DNA of 64,000 bases from an uncultured Gammaproteobacteria bacterium (GCA_965231125.1 OZ246414.1:576137-640136); one strand, 5' to 3'. Shown: positions 19,961-29,101, numbered from the stretch's first letter. Made by a program: numbers and translations. The notes: generated from the letters alone by a model not told the origin.

Positions 19961-20215
19961 GATAAATTTTTTGGGCCGAGGGCGGGAATCGAAAGCTTCG
20001 CATTCTGCGTCTTCCAGACTATGAACCCGCAAGGTGGTGCCACCAACGGATTTAAAGAATCTATATAAATTCTTGCGCATTTTGGTGGACCTCACGAATT
20101 TGGCTTGGAACTCGCTGGTCCAAAACCTAAAACAATATCAATTCCTAACTACCTTACCTTATTTTGAGGCTAAATACAACTATAAATCTAACTACCAGAC
20201 TTTATTAGAAACTAA

Positions 20216-20911
20216 CTAATCGAGGAATTTGAAGGTTGAGACTATTTGATCAAGAATTTTATCAGCTTCTGTGTCTTTTTCTTTCCATTCACCATATATA
20301 AGGAAACTTGTTCCATTTACACTCAGTTGTATTGTAGAATAAGTTGGTACGGATGTAGTAGGTTTAGACCCATTCTCACTTAAGTTAATTAAAATCCAAT
20401 AACTCTTTTTGCTTGAAATTCCAGAAACTATTACATCTACTTCTTTTGGTTCGGAGTAAGAACCAATAAAACTTCCACGTCTAATTACTTTAAGGATCCT
20501 ATTGTTTGCCGAATCTTGTAAGATAATCTCAGGCTCTTGGTTGCTTTGGCTAATATAACCTGTCCCTTCTTTATACTCACCAACATACACTCCTTTATCG
20601 TCCTCACTAACAGTCCAGTTGGAAGGATATTTCAAACTTAAATTAACTAGTTTCCCCTCGTAGGTTTTCCAATCAGCAGTTTCGTCTTTGGTTGCTGGTG
20701 GTGAAGTTTGGGGTGCTGGGTTAGCCGAGGAAGTACTTGTCTTGGTAGTTGTGGGAGTTGATTCTTTCGGTTTAGCTTGATAAGCGTTGTAGACAAGAAA
20801 GCCTCCACCTACCAAAGTGGCACCTACAACAACACCGATAAGGATATTTTTCCAATTGATTCCTTGAGACATTTGCTGATTTGGATTTGACTGGGTAGGA
20901 ATTTCAGGCAT
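20216..20911 (-). CDS. membrane-anchored hypothetical protein (TM segment, Thr/Pro-rich linker, beta-rich C-terminal domain)
   Basis: 231-aa ORF with a single N-terminal TM helix and a low-complexity linker TPTTTKTSTSSANPAPQTSPP. Confidence 0.4.
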   Translation of the reverse strand: MPEIPTQSNPNQQMSQGINWKNILIGVVVGATLVGGGFLVYNAYQAKPKESTPTTTKTSTSSANPAPQTSPPATKDETADWKTYEGKLVNLSLKYPSNWTVSEDDKGVYVGEYKEGTGYISQSNQEPEIILQDSANNRILKVIRRGSFIGSYSEPKEVDVIVSGISSKKSYWILINLSENGSKPTTSVPTYSTIQLSVNGTSFLIYGEWKEKDTEADKILDQIVSTFKFLD

Positions 20912-21051
20912 TAAGTTTAATATAAAGGTTAGGTTGCTGGGTTGTCAACAATTGTTGTTACGTTACTCAAAAAGCGACCTAAATCCGAGTTTTTGCTTTC
21001 GTTAGTGTAAAGGACTTTGCGAACCTGACTCCTTTATGTTTTGCAAAGGAT

Positions 21052-21702
21052 TTGGCTATAATTAAAGTAATGATTGATGATGGGGTAGCAAACAAAGAAA
21101 AGGCTCGTTCAGAGGGGCTTAGGAAGGCACTCGAGGTTAAGATGTCCCAGTTTCCGACAATTACCCACGCTTCCCCTCACAAAGAGGAGATTGACAACTG
21201 GATTATTGAAAAGAGATGGAGTAGCCGAGCTATTGTAAACGAGCTGTACTCAAAGTATCCAAATGAAACTCACCCTAGCCCTGTCTCAGTTGATAACTAT
21301 CGCAAGAAATACTTAGACCAAAATCCTGATGTTGGTTCCATTATGAGAAGTGGCAGCCGAGAGCTTGCCAACAAGTTCCTCGCCCTCGGTGAGGATTACT
21401 ACAGCTTTACCAAAAACGTGGTGACGCTTAACAAAAACACCTATGAAAGAGCGAATATCGGAGCTGACGAGGAAATAGCTAGTGGTCTGCAATCAGAGCT
21501 GAGAAGTAAGTCGATCAGAGACTATGTTGAAGTTAGTAAACTTTTGGTGGTGGTTATGCAAACTGTCGGTATACCTCGACCAATCGAGGAGGCGTTAGAT
21601 ACGGCAGAAGTCGAGGTAGTTAAAAATGACATTGATTGGGAAAAAAGGTTAGATGAGATAAAAACTGTTTTTGAAAAGTCAGCTAAACGTGGTTACACGT
21701 AG
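21052..21702 (+). CDS. hypothetical protein (possible HTH-containing, mobile-element associated)
   Basis: 216-aa ORF upstream of recombinase 1. No confident domain; the start is uncertain. Confidence 0.3.
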   Translation: MAIIKVMIDDGVANKEKARSEGLRKALEVKMSQFPTITHASPHKEEIDNWIIEKRWSSRAIVNELYSKYPNETHPSPVSVDNYRKKYLDQNPDVGSIMRSGSRELANKFLALGEDYYSFTKNVVTLNKNTYERANIGADEEIASGLQSELRSKSIRDYVEVSKLLVVVMQTVGIPRPIEEALDTAEVEVVKNDIDWEKRLDEIKTVFEKSAKRGYT

Positions 21703-21815
21703 ATTTCCCCCAAAGGTACAGCTAATCCAGAAAAGATGAGATCAGAGAGTGGTATTTCTTGCATATTGCTTATTTGTTGTGTTAATCTAAGTGTAGAAAA
21801 CTTAATAGCCCCATA

Positions 21816-21898
21816 AGATAGATAAATTCCTTTAGATAAAATTCCATAGATAAATTTCGGACATAACTGTCCTTGAGATAAATTGATCGTTAGATCAC
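21816..21898. repeat. iteron-like direct repeats (AGATAGATAAATTCC / TTTAGATAAAATTCC / ATAGATAAATTTCGG / GAGATAAATTGATCG)
   Basis: Three tandem 15-bp units plus a fourth after a 14-bp gap. They lie upstream of recombinase 1. Confidence 0.45.
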
Positions 21899-21981
21899 TT
21901 AAACTCTGGGGCAGTTTTTTTGTTGCAAAATTTCACTCGGGTTGAAATCTGCGGCTTCCCGAGTGGCCGCAGTTTTTAGTT

Positions 21982-22170
21982 ATGATGAGCTTATCAAGAG
22001 CAAGAAAAATACTAGGTAAAAAGTACTCTCACTTAACAAATGAGGAAATCGAAATGTTGCTGACTAAAACCTATCCCTTGGCTGATATGGTAACCAACCT
22101 GATTGCTAAAAAGGTGTTCGAAAGTCGCGTTAGGATTATTGACTCTGAGAAGGGAAGGACAGATGATTAA
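21982..22170 (+). CDS. small hypothetical ORF immediately upstream of the recombinase (candidate accessory/directionality factor)
   Basis: 62-aa ORF preceded by an 8-bp-stem hairpin CACTCGGG...CCCGAGTG. Speculative. Confidence 0.25.
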   Translation: MMSLSRARKILGKKYSHLTNEEIEMLLTKTYPLADMVTNLIAKKVFESRVRIIDSEKGRTDD

Positions 22171-23797
22171 GCCTGAAGGCAAAAAGATGAAAGCAATAAT
22201 CTACTGTCGGGTTTCCACCGAGGAACAAGTTAAGGGCTATAGCTTGGATTTCCAAGAAAAACAGAGCCTAGAATACGCTGAAAGAAACGGATTTGAAGTA
22301 TTGAAGGTTTTTGTTGAGGAAGGAGAATCAGCCAAAGTTATCAGTCGGACTAAGTTAACTGAACTTCTCAATTTTTGCAAGGAAAACATAGGTCAAATTG
22401 ATGTTCTAATCGTCCACAAGTTAGATAGATTTGCCCGAAACCAACAAGACCACCAAGCCATAAGGGCGATACTTGCTCAATATGGCGTAATACTTCGTTC
22501 CGCCACCGAACCAATAGACGATACGCCCGTAGGGAAACTTATGGAAAATTTCCTCTCCTCTATTGCTCAATTTGATAATGATATTAGGGCTGAAAGAGTA
22601 ACTCTTGGTATGAAGGAGAAGCTAAAACAGGGTTTGTGGGCCTTTGTGGCCCCCTTAGGCTATAAAAACGTGGTTGTCAACAAAGTTAGTACCATTGTTC
22701 CTGATGAAAAGATTGCACATTTAATTAAAAGGCTATTTGAGGAGTATGCAACTGGTTTACATACCTATGAAAGTTTAGCTAATTTTATGACTAAGCTCGG
22801 TCTTAGGACTAAAAAAGGAAGTAAATTGTCTAAACAGACAATACAAAAGATTTTAGTTAATAAACTTTATGTCGGGATTATAGATGTTCCAAGTTTGGAC
22901 ATTGTAGACATTGAAGGAAAATTTGAGGCTATTATCAGCAAGGACCCTTTTTATAAAGTACAGCGTTTAAGAGAAGGTAAGGGATTTACCCAAGAACATA
23001 GGCTTAGAATACACCCAGATTTTATCCTGAGACGCTCTTTACTTTGTCCAAAATGCCGAAAGTCTCTTACAGGTAGTTGGTCAAAAGGCAAAAGTAAAAG
23101 ATACGCCTATTATCACTGCACAACAAAGGGTTGTCCACTAAGATCAATACCTAAGAAGGACATTGATAAGACTTTTCTGGCCCTGCTCAAGGCGACTAAA
23201 CCTACAGGCGAATATATAAAGCTCTTTAAGGAAGTTGTAAGGGAAGTTTGGCAAAAGAAGTATGATGAGAAGTTCAAAGAGGTTAAAAGATTGGAGTATG
23301 AGTTGGCACAGATTAGGGAGCTGAAAGACGCCCTAATTGAACAAAACGCTAAAAGGGTACTTGAGGACAATGATTTCAAGGAGAAAATTAGGAAAGTTAA
23401 TGATGAAATTGCTCACAAAGAATTGGTAAGAAACGAAGCTAGAACAGATGAGGTAGATATAGAATTGGTCTTAAACCTTGCCGAAACAATACTTACAAAC
23501 GTCTCCATTATTTGGTTAGAAGCTCCCTTGGAACACAAAGTGAGGTTTCAACAGCTTCTTTACCCGAAAGGTGTGATCTATAACAACGGAGTTATTGGAA
23601 CTCTGGAATTAGGTTTACCATTCAAGATAATTAGCGAAGCTCGTGGTGAAAAGTCTGAAATGGTGGGCAAGGGGGGACTCGAACCCCCAAGGCTTTACAG
23701 CCAACGGATTTTAAGTCCGTCGCGTATACCAGTTCCGCCACTCGCCCCAAAATTGCTAAATCCCGTTGCGTATACCACTAGCTTACAAACCGATTGA
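22163..23797 (+). CDS. large serine recombinase (resolvase catalytic domain + recombinase domain + zinc-ribbon)
   Basis: N-terminus AIIYCRVSTEEQ with catalytic Ser. GGAAGG SD-like sequence before ATG 22163 (an alternative ATG is at 22187). CxxC...C Zn-ribbon region. The 3' ~135 nt of the ORF overlap tRNA-Leu on the opposite strand. Confidence 0.8.
   Translation: MIKPEGKKMKAIIYCRVSTEEQVKGYSLDFQEKQSLEYAERNGFEVLKVFVEEGESAKVISRTKLTELLNFCKENIGQIDVLIVHKLDRFARNQQDHQAIRAILAQYGVILRSATEPIDDTPVGKLMENFLSSIAQFDNDIRAERVTLGMKEKLKQGLWAFVAPLGYKNVVVNKVSTIVPDEKIAHLIKRLFEEYATGLHTYESLANFMTKLGLRTKKGSKLSKQTIQKILVNKLYVGIIDVPSLDIVDIEGKFEAIISKDPFYKVQRLREGKGFTQEHRLRIHPDFILRRSLLCPKCRKSLTGSWSKGKSKRYAYYHCTTKGCPLRSIPKKDIDKTFLALLKATKPTGEYIKLFKEVVREVWQKKYDEKFKEVKRLEYELAQIRELKDALIEQNAKRVLEDNDFKEKIRKVNDEIAHKELVRNEARTDEVDIELVLNLAETILTNVSIIWLEAPLEHKVRFQQLLYPKGVIYNNGVIGTLELGLPFKIISEARGEKSEMVGKGGLEPPRLYSQRILSPSRIPVPPLAPKLLNPVAYTTSLQTD
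23661..23747 (-). tRNA. tRNA-Leu (anticodon UAA), long variable arm
   Basis: Fold: GGGCGAG/CTTGCCC acceptor (one G-T pair), anticodon stem ACGGA/TCCGT with loop CTTAAAA, long variable arm, T-arm GGGGGTTCGAGTCCCCC, CCA encoded. It lies entirely inside the 3' end of the recombinase ORF on the other strand. Confidence 0.8.
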
Positions 23798-23911
23798 AAT
23801 TATACTTTTTTTAAGCCCGAATATCAATAAGTTGAAGAGCTTAAGAATTTTTAGTACATCTTGACGCACTCTGCCAACAGCTGTTATGCTTTTAATATAA
23901 ATTTCTTTTCA

Positions 23912-25243
23912 ATGTCCAAGGTAGATTTAAGAAAGAACCTAATCAGTATAATTGGTATAGTAATACTCTTTATCCTCATTGTAATTACTGTAGTAAGCGC
24001 TCTAAATACAAAAGGTAACGTAATTTCATCACCCAACATTGGTGCCTCACAAACCTATGTCCCGTCGCTAGCTGGGCCGTGTTGGCCGCTTGGAAATGCA
24101 GTTAAGGACAACGTTTTAAGTGATAGGGATGCTGTAGCAATATTAGACCATATCGCCGGAATTAATTCATACTCTTCACTCTGGGACCGCCTCAGTGCCG
24201 ATGTTAATGTTGATGGCCAAATTACTGCGGTTGATGTAGCGTTAATTAGACAATACTTAGCAGGTAGGATCAACACTTTTCCTGGATGCCACACACTAGC
24301 TGCGTCGGTCAGACAACTGCATTTTCCCTATGTTTTGCTTTCCGGTACAAGCGGGATGACATTACGTGCGCCTATTACAATTAACGGCGGTGATATCATT
24401 TCACCTGGTATTCTTAATTGTGATGCTACGGCCTTCTCCCCCAGCATCTGTACCGCCAACTTAGGGGAAGTTATATTCGCACGCGAAACTCTAGGTGAAG
24501 GAGGTCAGCAGACTACTTGGGGCGGATCGTCTCAAATTCTCCAAAAAACAACCACAAGAGTCATATACGCCTTCCCCTTGCCAGATGATAACCGCAATCC
24601 ATATAATCCATTTGGAACATATTGGAAAGCTCAAGCTGAAGCTGGTGGTACGTTGCAGGATTTTACCTGTGACGGGAAGGTAAGCTTAGGACCAATATAC
24701 ATTAGTAGAAGGATGACCCTTAAAACAGGTTGTAAATTAACCGTAACGGGCCCAATTTGGGTAAATGAACGAGTCGACATGCAAACAGGATCGGTAATTA
24801 AGCTTTCGAAAACCTGCTCTGCAAGTACAGTTTTTGTTTCTGGAGCGCGAGAAGTGAGTCCAGGCAGGTTAGGCTCTCCCCTTCCATTTCGTACCATCCA
24901 CTATCCGAACCCAAGAGCCGGCCATAATTTTCATATTTTTGCGACGGGGACTCGCCCCAATAAGTACATACTTTTCATAAATTACAGTAAAGGGCAGCCT
25001 GCCTTTGATTTAGATGGTGCAAATTACACGGCAGACAACGTTTACCAAGGAATATTTTATGCTCCAAACGGAACAATTAAGGTGGCTAATCAGTTTGGTT
25101 ACTCTATTGCCCACAAAGCCACTTTCACCGGTGCTCTCTACGCAAATTTTTACAGAGGTGCGGATAGTCTCAATATTGGTGCAGGAACTGTCATCAACTA
25201 CCCAAACAACATTAATAGTCTGTCTCTATCTAACTGTAAGTAA
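23912..25243 (+). CDS. secreted hypothetical protein with one dockerin-like Ca-binding repeat
   Basis: Signal anchor IISIIGIVILFILIVITVV. DVNVDGQITAVDVALIRQYLAG resembles a dockerin / EF-hand-like repeat. The C-terminal part looks beta-helix-like with G/T/N-rich repeats. An alternative start is at 23861. Confidence 0.45.
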   Translation: MSKVDLRKNLISIIGIVILFILIVITVVSALNTKGNVISSPNIGASQTYVPSLAGPCWPLGNAVKDNVLSDRDAVAILDHIAGINSYSSLWDRLSADVNVDGQITAVDVALIRQYLAGRINTFPGCHTLAASVRQLHFPYVLLSGTSGMTLRAPITINGGDIISPGILNCDATAFSPSICTANLGEVIFARETLGEGGQQTTWGGSSQILQKTTTRVIYAFPLPDDNRNPYNPFGTYWKAQAEAGGTLQDFTCDGKVSLGPIYISRRMTLKTGCKLTVTGPIWVNERVDMQTGSVIKLSKTCSASTVFVSGAREVSPGRLGSPLPFRTIHYPNPRAGHNFHIFATGTRPNKYILFINYSKGQPAFDLDGANYTADNVYQGIFYAPNGTIKVANQFGYSIAHKATFTGALYANFYRGADSLNIGAGTVINYPNNINSLSLSNCK

Positions 25244-25370
25244 AATTCAAAAATTTGGTTGGAAATTCAATAAAATTATATGGCTGGCGTTGGTTGAGGA
25301 TTTCCGAAACGCCAAATGGTTTGAAATTATACCTTATCCTGGTTTAGTTTATCAAAAATCCCAAGATTTG

Positions 25371-26006
25371 CTAGCTAAGTTTAAACAAATCAACTAGTGA
25401 AGTACCGCGAGCTTTAAAGTTACCGTACTGTTTATTCTTTTGATGAAGAGCTGCTGTAGATGCATTACTTTTTCTAAAAAACTCTTTATCTTTGAAGGCC
25501 AAATTGACCGGACAAGCACCTTGACCTTTGACAAAAACAGAATTTCGTAGCTCACAACACATTTCATCAAATTTATCAAAGTTTTCATCAGTAAACCCCA
25601 AAGTTACGATTTTACCTTTGTTAAGCTCTCCCATAACCCCTTTCTCGTCAAAATATCTAAATTTGTAAGCTTTGTATAGAACTTCCAACAAACCTTGATA
25701 GTGCTTTAAGGGCTTGAGGGTTAGGTTGTTCTCTTTCATAGTGGGTTCAATTATCTTAAAGATCTCTACTAGAATATGCTTATCTTCGATTTTCAGTTCT
25801 TTTATGGTTTTTTCATCAAAAAGCTCGTAAATTTTTAACTTCAAATACTGCTCCGCTGCTTGCTCTGCAATTGCTATCCCGGGTATTCGGAAGTTATTTA
25901 AGAGTAAAGAACGGGCTGCTAGGTAGTTACTATCCGCGAAAAAAAGGTAATTTTCTCTGGCAAAAAGGTTGTTTTGCAACATATTTTCGACCCGACTCTC
26001 AGGCAT
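25371..26006 (-). CDS. hypothetical protein (211 aa)
   Basis: Clean ORF with no confident domain. Located in the inter-recombinase island. Confidence 0.4.
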   Translation of the reverse strand: MPESRVENMLQNNLFARENYLFFADSNYLAARSLLLNNFRIPGIAIAEQAAEQYLKLKIYELFDEKTIKELKIEDKHILVEIFKIIEPTMKENNLTLKPLKHYQGLLEVLYKAYKFRYFDEKGVMGELNKGKIVTLGFTDENFDKFDEMCCELRNSVFVKGQGACPVNLAFKDKEFFRKSNASTAALHQKNKQYGNFKARGTSLVDLFKLS

Positions 26007-26009
26007 GGT

Positions 26010-26258
26010 TTAAAAATGGGGAATTCCAATACCTTCTGGGGGACCCAAAGCCCACCTATATATAAAAACCTGAATGACTACCCAAACAATATAACCTAAC
26101 ACTGATTCTTTCAGTTCATCTTCTGCAATTAGTATTGGGGCCGCAAGCCAAAAAGTATAAAAAATTATTAATAACATTTTTACCCAATCCCCATCGCCAA
26201 TCAACCATAAAGCAATAAAGAAAGAAAGAAATAGAAAAAATAATTTACTAATGTTCAT
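26010..26258 (-). CDS. small membrane protein
   Basis: 82 aa with two predicted TM helices. Confidence 0.3.
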   Translation of the reverse strand: MNISKLFFLFLSFFIALWLIGDGDWVKMLLIIFYTFWLAAPILIAEDELKESVLGYIVWVVIQVFIYRWALGPPEGIGIPHF

Positions 26259-26346
26259 AATATATATTTGTTTATATTAAATCCCTTCCATGTTAATAAG
26301 TCATGCACATCTTGGCTGAGAATGTAGGTCAATACCACAACTGTCG

Positions 26347-26829
26347 TTATAATTGACAGAATCTGGAAATTAAGAAAATAACATATAGTATGGCTATCAT
26401 TAATATCAAAACGTAAGAAGCCCCCGCGGTTCGTGGCCAACCAACTATTTTATTCTTCTTTTCGTTTCCCTTGGCAATAGGATCTAACTGGCTAACTTTT
26501 TTTGAATCTGCACCCTCCAACAAATGTTCTTCTTCTATTTCTCTTGCCGAATCAATCCAATGATCAATCCATTGAAACCCACGAAGAGTCATAGTAAACC
26601 ACAAGTAGCATGATATCAGTCCGGCAATTGGAAGAAAAGTTATAACTATCGAGGGGAATGGATCCTTATATGTAAAGCCAATGGCTGCTATAAGAATGGA
26701 ATTAAAAACTAATAAAGCGTTATATCTACTCCACAAAATCTCACTTTCAGAAGTATTCTTGTTAATAGCAATTTGATACTTAGCCACGGATTTTTCAATT
26801 CTCTCTTTATCAGTATCCATATGTTGCAA
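26347..26829 (-). CDS. membrane protein, hypothetical
   Basis: 160 aa with three or four hydrophobic helices. Confidence 0.4.
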   Translation of the reverse strand: MQHMDTDKERIEKSVAKYQIAINKNTSESEILWSRYNALLVFNSILIAAIGFTYKDPFPSIVITFLPIAGLISCYLWFTMTLRGFQWIDHWIDSAREIEEEHLLEGADSKKVSQLDPIAKGNEKKNKIVGWPRTAGASYVLILMIAILYVIFLISRFCQL

Positions 26830-26837
26830 TTTAGTAA

Positions 26838-26861
26838 TAAAAAATGCCCCACCCGGGGCAT
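26838..26861 (-). terminator. intrinsic terminator (minus strand)
   Basis: ATGCCCC...GGGGCAT hairpin followed by a T-run on the minus strand. Positioned downstream of the minus-strand cargo genes and repeat copy A. Confidence 0.45.
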
Positions 26862-26933
26862 TACCGAAATTATACCAAACAGTTTTCTGGAAGACAAGCG
26901 TGTGGTTTCAGAGGTGCACAATCTGGCTGGCGG

Positions 26934-27027
26934 TTTACGAAAAATGTCGAACTTCATTTGATTAGCTCGGCCTTCGGCCTCGCTTGCTCCAGCGCGGCGA
27001 CCCCACCCGCCGCGCCCCCGCTATTTT
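26934..27027 (+). repeat. GC-rich structured repeat, A part (copy 1, forward)
   Basis: 94-bp exact inverted match to 29176-29269. Contains a GGCC-TTCG-GGCC hairpin and a GCGCGGCG...CGCCGCGC hairpin. Confidence 0.8.
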
Positions 27028-27060
27028 TTGCGCGCGCGATTTTCTCGCCCTTCGGGCGAG

Positions 27061-27585
27061 CTAGGGTTTAAGCAATTTAATTACGCCGTCTACTCCTAGC
27101 TTTAGCACCGCAAGATTTGCAAGTTTATTTCCCTCTTGCTCATGGGAATAAAATTTTGGATTAAATGCTGTATGAATAACTCTTTCGAGATATTTAAAAT
27201 GATCATCTTCGCTCATAGTTATTGCAGCAACTGAATGCCCATGTAAGATTGGCAGAAAAAGCTCTAGGTTATTTGCTACTATACCGTCTCTTTCTTCACC
27301 AAATTTACCTTCTGGTGCAAATGGATAAGCATATTCTTCAAATGCGATGTTCTTGTTTTGAAGAAAACTTTTTGCTTTCGTCAAACATTCTTCTTTTGTA
27401 ATTCTGAAAATAATTTCTGGCTCAAAGAAAAAATGAAATTTTGGATCATCTTTGAGTGTGTGGTCGTATAGTTCTTTAACCAACGCTTTTAATTTTGGAA
27501 CATCACTAGTATTGACAGCGTTACCATTCAAAATTGGTACATAATTTTTTATATGTATAGTTTTAATATCCATATATATTTTCAA
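27061..27585 (-). CDS. hypothetical protein (cargo gene 1)
   Basis: 174-aa ORF whose stop abuts repeat A. No recognised domain. Confidence 0.4.
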   Translation of the reverse strand: MKIYMDIKTIHIKNYVPILNGNAVNTSDVPKLKALVKELYDHTLKDDPKFHFFFEPEIIFRITKEECLTKAKSFLQNKNIAFEEYAYPFAPEGKFGEERDGIVANNLELFLPILHGHSVAAITMSEDDHFKYLERVIHTAFNPKFYSHEQEGNKLANLAVLKLGVDGVIKLLKP

Positions 27586-27657
27586 GAGACATAATAGATT
27601 TCATGCTATTCCTAGTTTCCTAGGATTAACAATGGAAAAGTGCCAATAAGTGTAAAC

Positions 27658-28107
27658 TTATTTTGAAAGAAGATCTTTAATTCTTTTTTCTATTTCCTCG
27701 CGTTTGATCTTTTCCAGTTTCGCCTCGTTTCTAACAGCTTTTAGGCCTTCACCTCTTAACGTGTCAGAATCTAATATACTTGCCTTCATCCTACAATAAT
27801 CCGCATATAAGGAAGAATTGTAATCTTGCCAATCGTCTTGAATTCGTTGCAAGATTTTTTTGTCAAATTTATATCTTTCAATACTCCTTGCATAATCATC
27901 AACAAAGCTACGCAAGTCCTTTAATTCTTTAGACCACATTTCTACGTCTTGTTTGTAAATCTTAGTGTCCTCTTTCGAGTTATCGGGATCTTCTGAGTCC
28001 TTTTTTGCTCGCTCTATGTATTCTTCTAGTTCTTTTTCAGTAACTTGATACCAATATTTGTTGATGTCGTCTGGATTTTCAAATGGTCCGAATATTCCGT
28101 CGGTCAT
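27658..28107 (-). CDS. coiled-coil hypothetical protein (cargo gene 2)
   Basis: 149 aa, highly charged, predicted coiled coil. Confidence 0.4.
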   Translation of the reverse strand: MTDGIFGPFENPDDINKYWYQVTEKELEEYIERAKKDSEDPDNSKEDTKIYKQDVEMWSKELKDLRSFVDDYARSIERYKFDKKILQRIQDDWQDYNSSLYADYCRMKASILDSDTLRGEGLKAVRNEAKLEKIKREEIEKRIKDLLSK

Positions 28108-28172
28108 ATTACTCGTATTCTATCAATTTTTTCACAAAATTACTATAGAAATAGATAGTATCTCGCAAACCC

Positions 28173-28200
28173 TTGACACAAAAGAAAAACTATTTATAAT
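28173..28200 (+). promoter_or_regulatory. sigma70-like promoter (TTGACA-16-TATAAT)
   Basis: Sits in the divergent intergenic region and would drive cargo gene 3. Confidence 0.5.
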
Positions 28201-28237
28201 TGGTTCAAATATATACCTCTACGACTTGAAAGTAACT

Positions 28238-29101
28238 ATGACCAAAGATGAAGTTATAAATAAACTTAAAGAGTTAGCTATTAAATTACATACTCCTCGA
28301 TTAAGGCAGAAGGATATTCGATCAGTTAAAAGATTGGAATATTACATTTCAATTCATTTTAAGAAACTTGCACCTGCATTAAAAGCTGCCGGCCTGGACC
28401 CTACACCCTTAGCTGTCAAAATGAGCATTTCTGATAAAGAGTTACTTAGTTATCTTTTGGGGCTTGGAAAGAAAATTGGAAAAAAGCCGACTGTTATGGA
28501 CGTCAAGAGGGATGGTAGGTTTTCAGAAAAAATTTTTAAGAGGTTTGGGAATATCAAAAAGGCTTATGAACTAGCAACTAACGAATCCAAATCACAAACA
28601 ACCAAAGATGACAAAGAAGTATATTTAGTAGAATTTCCAAACAGACCAGTATTTTGGGGAAGGGCAGCAGAAATGTACATCGTAGCCGAGTTGATGTATC
28701 GAGGTTATAACTCAAGTCTTTTACCGGTTGATTTAGGAGTGGATGTCATTGCAATCAAAGATAGCAAAACTTTCTATTTCCAGGTTAAAAATATTTCTTT
28801 CGATAAAGTAGCAAGTAGAACTATTCCAATTACAACTAGTTCCTTCTCAAAAAATCAAAGCAGCAATATGTTCTATGTTTTTGTACTTCAACGCGGCCAA
28901 GGGAAAAATGTTCTTTTTCTTCCTTATCAGAAGATGCACGAACTCATTAACAAAAGCCTTATTTTGTTTAATAAAGAGAATAAAGATTTTTCGATATGTA
29001 TCTCTTTGAATGACAAGGTAGTAAATATTCATACACCCTCAGAAAGAACCAAGTTCGAAGACGTCTCTAGTTATCTTGATGATTGGGATGTAATTGTTTA
29101 A
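28238..29101 (+). CDS. hypothetical protein with possible PD-(D/E)xK nuclease-like C-terminal region (cargo gene 3)
   Basis: Start at ATG 28238 downstream of the promoter (the 6-frame ORF extends further upstream to 28058). VDLGVDVIAIKD...FYFQVKN resembles a D...(D/E)xK nuclease core. Weak evidence. Confidence 0.35.
   Translation: MTKDEVINKLKELAIKLHTPRLRQKDIRSVKRLEYYISIHFKKLAPALKAAGLDPTPLAVKMSISDKELLSYLLGLGKKIGKKPTVMDVKRDGRFSEKIFKRFGNIKKAYELATNESKSQTTKDDKEVYLVEFPNRPVFWGRAAEMYIVAELMYRGYNSSLLPVDLGVDVIAIKDSKTFYFQVKNISFDKVASRTIPITTSSFSKNQSSNMFYVFVLQRGQGKNVLFLPYQKMHELINKSLILFNKENKDFSICISLNDKVVNIHTPSERTKFEDVSSYLDDWDVIV

Noticed and set aside
22103-22162. 20-codon N-terminal extension of recombinase 1 from ATG 22103
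   Set aside because: The extension lacks the conserved resolvase N-terminus. The catalytic-domain start (KAIIYCRVS) is immediately preceded by better-placed ATGs, with GGAAGG before 22163, so the shorter start is preferred.
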